Positions 57,791 through 64,000 of a DNA stretch of 64,000 bases are shown here, piece by piece. This DNA is from an uncultured Pirellulaceae bacterium (GTDB lineage: Bacteria; Planctomycetota; Planctomycetia; Pirellulales; Pirellulaceae): contig CAYTPS010000001.1 in the NCBI GenBank assembly GCA_964439245.1, forward strand, positions 1,886-65,885, in the 5' to 3' direction. Numbering within the stretch: position 1 is the first letter of the stretch; the number at the start of each line of letters is the position of its first letter. Position numbers and translations under genes: made by a program. The notes below the pieces were generated by a model. That model ran no database searches, was not told the origin of the DNA, and saw nothing but the letters and a program-made list of their open reading frames with translations.

Positions 57791-60568
57791 ATGAATCAGA
57801 AACCCGGCCAGTATTCTTCAAAATCTAATCAGCCCAAATCACCAGATCGCCGCGATTTTCTGATTCAGTCATCCGCTGCTGCGGTGGCGGCGACTGTAGC
57901 GACGACTTCCTCATCCGGGCATGCGGCTTTGATACCGAGTGCGGTGCGTCAGCCACTGATTGACTCACCATTTCTCGGACATCAATGGCAGACACTTAAC
58001 CCTGGCTACTGGTGTATTAAGAATGGAAAGTTGCGGAGGAGAATAAGCAACTACGGCGATCGCGCACGAAAGACGGGATTTCCATTCCACGGGATGACCC
58101 ACGGATTTGATTATCAAACTGACTATGATCCATCGTTGCCCCCGGGTATTGCTTGGCGGCCCGAACAGAAATTGCAAGAGTCTTTTGTCGTCGAGGCAGA
58201 ATTTACTTTTCGGGCCGCGCGCACTTCTCCGGCCGAAGATGACGATCCCAATTGGAAAATGTACTCTGATGGGTTCGGATTAATGGGCGTTGCCATTGGC
58301 GGTAGCCATTTGTTTGAAAGCTTTCATTTAATCAAGAAGGCGTTGCTGATCGGATGGACCGATGACAAAAAGCTCAGCTTGATTTTTCCACCACTCAAAC
58401 AAGGCTACGTGCGACAGAGGAACGAATTGCAAGACGTTCCTGTCGTGAACGAAGATGCTTTTGATATGAATCCCGGTGACGTCTGCAAATTGACGGTCAA
58501 GGTATCGCCGGCCGAAGGCGATCAGAGTGCGATCGTAGCAACCTTGAGTAGTGGCGCTAATTCAGCCACGCTAAAAACGGAGGTTAATCAAAAGCACACG
58601 AGCGGTTACGCGGGTGTTTGCGGCCGAGGTTTGATTGATTTTGAGATCAACCAGTTTATGGCCACAGAATCAGGAGTGGCAGAAGCAAAAGCAACAAAAC
58701 GAAACATTGGCATCACCGATTGTCACACCTGCTACCCGTTGGGCGACACACTGAAACAAGCCTCGGAAGGCTGGCAGGTAAAATTTGTTGCGTTGTTTGC
58801 ATCGCCGGGAGAGCGTGCGGAAATCAGAATTTCGACTTCTCCTAATCCAGAAGGTGGTTGGGAAAAGTTACCTGTTTGTGGCGCCGCCGAAGTCGTCGAT
58901 AACCAGTGGCGCCGCAACACGGCCGTCATTGAGACGACGCTACCAGAGAATCCCGTGGCAGCCGAGATGTACTACACCGTGTGGAAGGATGGAGTTGATG
59001 TCACTGCGGATAACCGAATTGGCACAGACGCGTGCGGCCCGGGAACGGGTTGGGTCGGGGATGTGCCCAGCAGCGGAAAGTACGTTGGCCGCCTGCCGCG
59101 ACTGACGGCACCCTACAAAGTCTGCGGTTTGAGTTGCCACGCGATTAGCCATGGTTTGCAAAAACGCGTTGGCGACCAGTGGAAGATGGACTACCAAGGC
59201 TGGCAAGTACGCGATCAACCAACCACGGGCGCTTACCAGCATCTGGAAGACTACGACTTTCAAGTGATGCTGTGGGAAGATGATGTTTGGTACATGGAAT
59301 TGCTGATGTATCCGCCCAGTACCGACGACGCCTACAAGATCATTACGATGTCAATTTGTGGTCCCACCAGTCGCTGGCAGATGATGCGACACTGGAACGT
59401 GATCAATCCCGGCGACCACGATTTTGGAATGGATGACGTCAAAGGCCCCGAGCAGATCGCAATGCGAAACGTTGAAGGGCTTGGCCAAGACCGCGACTAC
59501 ATGCGGCGAAACTTTCAGATCGTTCATCATTTGGTAACCGGAGCTGAAGAGGTTGATCCAACGATCAACATGAAATCTTGGCGTGCTTGGAAGATGCCCA
59601 ATCGTGATTTCACGCTAATCGTGCTCGATTCACGCGCCTGGCGCAGCAGCCAAGATGTCGACATCTGGGATGATAGTGGTTGGGAGAAGTTCAAAAGCCT
59701 CTATGGGCGCACTGACCTGACCCGCAGTCTGCTTGGCGAAGAGCAGTTTGGTTGGTTGCAGGAGCAACTTGCCACCGATTCGTCTCCGCTGATTTGTCTA
59801 ACGGGCGTCAGTGGTATGCATACGGTATGGGGAGGAGCAAAATCCAAAGGCGCCAAACTGAGCGAATCTCATCCCAAACGTTTTCACCAGCGCGATCGAG
59901 TTACGGCCGATTACGCGGGGTGGGTCAAAGCCGGGGCGGATCGAGTAATCGAACTGTTGGGTGGCAGGCAGGGAGTCGTGTCAGTTTACGGAGACGTGCA
60001 CAATGGTTGTTTGATGAAAAATGTAGAACATGGTGTGATTGAGTGCAGCTTTGGTCCAATCGGCCGGACCGGTGGTCGGATGGTGATCCCCGGTTTTGGT
60101 CCAACGATGAAGGATGTTGATGGCCGCGACGTGGAAGTCTCAGCGCTCTATCACAAAAAGTGGGGTGATCCGAATCTCACACCGCGCGCCGCCGGCGAGC
60201 CCGAATATTGGAATTTTCTGGAGATGGAGTTCGACCCACGCCCGCGCGATGCAACGATCGAAATGCGCATTCGAAACCTGATTGATGCGACTTCGCAGAC
60301 GCCGCGTGGTGGAGGAGAAATCAATACGGTGGCATCTGCAACCGGACGCAAGCCTGTGGCCAAATTACCTCCCATCAAAACGCTGCCATTAGCAGATGTA
60401 CGTTTTGCGGATATCGAAGGACATCCTATCCAAGCAACAAGGTCTGACGAAAATGGGGTCATCAAAATCAATGGCCTGCCGGACATCCCAGCCGGTACGC
60501 GCTTATTGATGACAGCATTTGACGGGAAACAAACGGAATCCAAAGTATTGACGACGACCGAAACGTAA
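57791..60568 (+). CDS. Tat-exported PhoD-like metallophosphoesterase with a large N-terminal extension
   Basis: Tat motif DRRDFL; motifs GLSC, WEDDVWY, PGDHDF, LDSR, LLGEEQ..WL and GDVH. Confidence 0.65.
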   Translation: MNQKPGQYSSKSNQPKSPDRRDFLIQSSAAAVAATVATTSSSGHAALIPSAVRQPLIDSPFLGHQWQTLNPGYWCIKNGKLRRRISNYGDRARKTGFPFHGMTHGFDYQTDYDPSLPPGIAWRPEQKLQESFVVEAEFTFRAARTSPAEDDDPNWKMYSDGFGLMGVAIGGSHLFESFHLIKKALLIGWTDDKKLSLIFPPLKQGYVRQRNELQDVPVVNEDAFDMNPGDVCKLTVKVSPAEGDQSAIVATLSSGANSATLKTEVNQKHTSGYAGVCGRGLIDFEINQFMATESGVAEAKATKRNIGITDCHTCYPLGDTLKQASEGWQVKFVALFASPGERAEIRISTSPNPEGGWEKLPVCGAAEVVDNQWRRNTAVIETTLPENPVAAEMYYTVWKDGVDVTADNRIGTDACGPGTGWVGDVPSSGKYVGRLPRLTAPYKVCGLSCHAISHGLQKRVGDQWKMDYQGWQVRDQPTTGAYQHLEDYDFQVMLWEDDVWYMELLMYPPSTDDAYKIITMSICGPTSRWQMMRHWNVINPGDHDFGMDDVKGPEQIAMRNVEGLGQDRDYMRRNFQIVHHLVTGAEEVDPTINMKSWRAWKMPNRDFTLIVLDSRAWRSSQDVDIWDDSGWEKFKSLYGRTDLTRSLLGEEQFGWLQEQLATDSSPLICLTGVSGMHTVWGGAKSKGAKLSESHPKRFHQRDRVTADYAGWVKAGADRVIELLGGRQGVVSVYGDVHNGCLMKNVEHGVIECSFGPIGRTGGRMVIPGFGPTMKDVDGRDVEVSALYHKKWGDPNLTPRAAGEPEYWNFLEMEFDPRPRDATIEMRIRNLIDATSQTPRGGGEINTVASATGRKPVAKLPPIKTLPLADVRFADIEGHPIQATRSDENGVIKINGLPDIPAGTRLLMTAFDGKQTESKVLTTTET

Positions 60569-60617
60569 AGCAATATGGTCCAGTTCCGATTCATCCGTAA
60601 GTTGAGCAAGCACCATC

Positions 60618-61162
60618 ATGAATACGACATCCGAAAGCTTGCTGTTTCGATTGCAGCATGCGTCTGATGACTGCGTTGATCAAAATGCTTGGGCGAAATT
60701 TGTTCAAATCTATACGCCACTGATCTTTTATTGGGCGCGGAAGGTTGGTCTGCAACAGGCCGACGCGGCAGATCTGGTGCAGGATGTGCTTAGTATCGTT
60801 TTTCGTCGTTTGCCCGATTTTCACTACGATGCCTCCGGTAGTTTTCGAGGCTGGTTGAGAACGATAACGCTGAACAAGTTTCGGGAAAAGACTCGAAAGA
60901 AAGTCACCGATGTAAGTGTCGCCAGTAATTCGATGCTGGAGCAGATCGCCTCACCAATACGTGCCGAATCCACATGGGATTTGGATTATGGCCGGATGCT
61001 TTTGCAGCAGACGATGGCGCTGATGGAGTCAGATTTTCAATCAGAGACATGGAAGGCGTTAATCAAGCGGCTGAGGAGACGGGAGTCAGTGCTTGGACGA
61101 TCTATTCCGCCAAAGCACGATTGATGAAGCGACTGCGCGCCGAGTTGAAGGAGTTGATGTAA
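60618..61162 (+). pseudogene. ECF sigma factor with a frameshift/deletion before the region-4 HTH
   Basis: Region 2 is intact (TSESLL, DAADLVQDV, GSFRGWL). The main frame drifts into non-homologous sequence after ETWKAL. The expected HTH (VNQAAEETGVSAWTIYSAKARLMKRLR) lies in the -1 frame at 61058-61162. Confidence 0.8.
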
Positions 61163-61297
61163 GTCTGGCCGTCTAAAAGAAAAACAGAAAAATATAATTC
61201 TCCGCCACAATATTGGGCGCCAGCTTCATAGTCTTTCATGCGGAAGCGATTTATCGCGTCTATATTGAATTAGCACGTTGAGCCAAAGGCGGAAAAA

Positions 61298-64000
61298 ATG
61301 GAACTAGTCAAACCCGATAATTGCCCCCAACCGGCGCTACTGATCGAGTTTTTTCAAGGGAAACTTGAGCCGCCAGTGCTCGACGATTGCGAGGCTCACT
61401 TAGAACACTGCGCTCAATGTCACGAAACACTTCGGAGCCTCGACACGAGAGATACTTTGTCGGAGAAAGTGGCGGCCGCCCTCATTGCCGATCAGCCCAG
61501 AGATGATTCCGACTCGATGCAGATCGACGGGTTGATCAAAAGGCTCACTTCAGACGAATTTCAGAGGCGCAGCCCAGCGGTCGTGCAAACGGCTAACTCG
61601 GAAATCATGGCCGACCGCGCTGCTGAGGTTCTTCGGTGCGTCGAACCTGATGAACAAACGCTGGGAGTGCTGGGTGATTACGCGCTGCTGCGACTGATAG
61701 GATCCGGTAGTACAGGGGTTGTTTTTCAAGCGCTCGACCGCAAGCTGGAACGTACGGTGGCGCTGAAAGTCTTGCGTCCCTCTTTGGGTGTGTTTGCGCG
61801 TGAGCGCTTTTTGGCTGAGGCGAGATCGGCGGCTTCCATCGATCACGCCAATGTGGTGACCATTTTTCAGGTTGGCCAAGTCGATCGGTTGGCGTTTATC
61901 GCGATGCAGTGGTCGCCAGGTCAAACGCTGGAGACAAAACTCCAGTCGGGAGCTAGTTTTGATGAATCACAAGTCACCGACATCATTTTGAAGGTGGCCA
62001 CGGGATTGGCGGCTGCCCATCAAAGGCAAATGGTTCACCGCGATATCAAGCCTGCCAATTTGTGGGTTTGTGATTCGGATAATCAGATCAAGATTCTTGA
62101 TTTTGGATTGGCGCGAATCAGTGACGACAATCCGGGGCTAACCGCGACGGGGATGTTGGCCGGCACGCCGAATTTTATGTCTCCCGAACAGGCGCGTGGT
62201 CTGGAGCTCGATGGCCGCAGTGATCTGTTTTCACTTGGATGTCTGATGTATCAGCTGTTGACCGGCCGACTTCCGTTTGGGGCGCCCACGGTTCTTGCAA
62301 CGCTACAGTCGGTTCAGAACCAGTCGCCAACACCGCCGCATCAAATCAAACCAGATGTGTCACAGCGTCTTTCCGATCTAACGATGTGCCTGTTGGAAAA
62401 GCAGCCAGCCAATCGTCCGGAATCAGCTCAGCAGTTGATCGGAATGCTGTCTTCGAAGCGCGAAGACTGGCCGATTGCCGTGAATCAGTATGCTGGTTCT
62501 GCCGAGATAAATATGGAGGTAACTCGTACTACCGTATCCCAAGAGCAACAACGATCCGGCGGCATGGGCTGGCTGATGGCCGGGCTGTTTTTGGGTTTGG
62601 CTGGTTGGGGAGCGTGGCTCTGGTCGCCACAGATCATTCGTGTGATGACCGACCAAGGCGAGGTCGTGATTGAGTCGAAGGCGGACGATGTAGAGGTCCA
62701 AGTGTTCGCTGATGGAAAACTGATTCGGGTGGTTGATGCGCAGACACAGCAGTCTTTCGATCTTAAGTCAGGCAAGTATACCTTTGCAGCTCAGTCATCA
62801 GGCAATGGCGAAAATACGTTTTCGATATCACCCAATCAGCTGACCATGAGTCGCGGCAGCACGCAGATCGTCAAGGTAACTGCTCCCGAGGTTCGAGAAT
62901 CGCTGCCCAAGGTCAATAGATCGAAGAAGTCAAAATCACAACCACCGATACGGCCAAACGAAAAACCGGTCTTCAAGAATCAAACATTTTGGCAGTGGAA
63001 GCGGATAGCGCAGCGTGATCGAAATGCGGTGACGAGAACCGAAGCGCTAAAGGCTTGCGCAGCAACGGCTGAAACCGACTCGGAAGTCGAATCGTTGATC
63101 GAACTGACTCGAAAGCTCAGCAGAAAATATGGCAGCTGTTCTATTGGCGACGATAAAAAACAAGATCTCTATTACGAGGGTATGTTAGAAGTATTGAATA
63201 CGCTTGACGTCGATCAGATCGCTAGTTTTATCGAAACCGAAATTGCAGAGGGAACGGAAGCAAGCAGACGATTTTGCTTCGGTTGGCTAGTTACGCTTAA
63301 TGATGGCTTCATCCAAAACGATTGGATTTCCAAAAGAAATTCTGTACGAGAGAAGGTAGATCAGCAGTTGGGTGATGTATTGGCAAGCCATTTGGAAAAG
63401 CCGGGCAATGCGCTTATTCTAAAGGGTCTTCAATACGGTTTTGATAAAAAGAAGTTTAAGAAAACTGCTTTAGCCAAAGCGCTGAAGCAATCGGCAGCAG
63501 ACCCGGACCAACGACTGCTGCTATATGAGTCGATCATCCGACTGTTGGGCGATGATCTAGAAATGTTTCAGCTGTTTGGCGATGACATACTCAATCCAAA
63601 AACCGACGCAGAAACACGTCATAAATTTTTCTACAGTATGCGTTTCATCCACTATCAGAACTGGCCACTTGCCCATCAGTGGGCGCAACTTCTCTTTGAT
63701 GTTGCTGATGGTGCCTTGCGACCGGGAGATCAACGGTTGGAATTCGTACGGAATTCAGAGTATGGTAGGCAGAGGGCTGAGCACGTTCTGACCAACGTTC
63801 TTTTGTCGCTTAGTTGGCTTGAGCCACAACTGGAAGCAAGATCCAGAACCGATATGTTGCTGCCTAAATTGCAAAAACTTAAGAAGGCGGTGGAAAAGGC
63901 GGTAAACGATCCAGACATGGCAGAAGATTTTATTCCAGCAAGAACAAAGATATTGCTTGGCGATTTCGACTACATGATCGAAAAAATATCTGGCGATTCA
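61298..64000 (+). CDS. Membrane Ser/Thr protein kinase with an N-terminal zinc-finger anti-sigma-like domain (3' end lies outside the window)
   Basis: ATG at 61298. Motifs CP..., HLEHCAQC, IGSGSTG, VALK, HRDIKPAN, DFGLAR and GTPNFMSPEQ; TM segment near 62560-62640. The frame is open at the window end, consistent with its absence from the ORF track. Confidence 0.9.
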   Translation, partial: MELVKPDNCPQPALLIEFFQGKLEPPVLDDCEAHLEHCAQCHETLRSLDTRDTLSEKVAAALIADQPRDDSDSMQIDGLIKRLTSDEFQRRSPAVVQTANSEIMADRAAEVLRCVEPDEQTLGVLGDYALLRLIGSGSTGVVFQALDRKLERTVALKVLRPSLGVFARERFLAEARSAASIDHANVVTIFQVGQVDRLAFIAMQWSPGQTLETKLQSGASFDESQVTDIILKVATGLAAAHQRQMVHRDIKPANLWVCDSDNQIKILDFGLARISDDNPGLTATGMLAGTPNFMSPEQARGLELDGRSDLFSLGCLMYQLLTGRLPFGAPTVLATLQSVQNQSPTPPHQIKPDVSQRLSDLTMCLLEKQPANRPESAQQLIGMLSSKREDWPIAVNQYAGSAEINMEVTRTTVSQEQQRSGGMGWLMAGLFLGLAGWGAWLWSPQIIRVMTDQGEVVIESKADDVEVQVFADGKLIRVVDAQTQQSFDLKSGKYTFAAQSSGNGENTFSISPNQLTMSRGSTQIVKVTAPEVRESLPKVNRSKKSKSQPPIRPNEKPVFKNQTFWQWKRIAQRDRNAVTRTEALKACAATAETDSEVESLIELTRKLSRKYGSCSIGDDKKQDLYYEGMLEVLNTLDVDQIASFIETEIAEGTEASRRFCFGWLVTLNDGFIQNDWISKRNSVREKVDQQLGDVLASHLEKPGNALILKGLQYGFDKKKFKKTALAKALKQSAADPDQRLLLYESIIRLLGDDLEMFQLFGDDILNPKTDAETRHKFFYSMRFIHYQNWPLAHQWAQLLFDVADGALRPGDQRLEFVRNSEYGRQRAEHVLTNVLLSLSWLEPQLEARSRTDMLLPKLQKLKKAVEKAVNDPDMAEDFIPARTKILLGDFDYMIEKISGDS

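Noticed and set aside
60974-61162. 62-aa ORF as an independent small gene
   Set aside because: Its C-terminal half is the displaced region 4 of the upstream ECF sigma factor.
61550-63918. Short ORFs listed in the last 2.5 kb
   Set aside because: They overlap the long kinase reading frame that starts at 61298.

Overview
A 64-kb chromosomal segment of a planctomycete, probably Pirellulaceae. This is inferred from LExRxxL extracellular-protein motifs, Tat-exported oxidoreductases and an ECF sigma/Ser-Thr kinase pair. It opens with the replication-origin region: iscS-like, an N-terminally truncated atypical dnaA, a DnaA-box/AT-rich putative oriC, dnaN, dciA and gyrB. Then come peptidases, two giant modular extracellular proteins with internal duplications, pheA and an ECF sigma/anti-sigma/PDZ operon. 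The centre (26.1-40.0 kb) is an almost complete aerobic purine-catabolism cluster: ade, xdhABC, uricase, HIU hydrolase, an allantoinase-OHCU decarboxylase fusion, allC and allE. It lacks a recognisable ureidoglycolate-processing enzyme. It is abutted by a two-gene operon encoding a ketol-acid-reductoisomerase-fold protein with a remodelled active site and a YgeY-like M20 amidohydrolase. This pair is the best candidate for an undescribed pathway step. The right part holds aqpZ, an APC-USP-USP-PTS EIIA fusion transporter, Tat sugar enzymes, a PspA-like coiled-coil protein, a PhoD-like enzyme, a frameshifted ECF sigma factor and a zinc-finger Ser/Thr kinase that runs off the window end. I recognised no rRNA, tRNA, CRISPR array or mobile element. 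All calls come from motif recognition by eye; no database searches were run.
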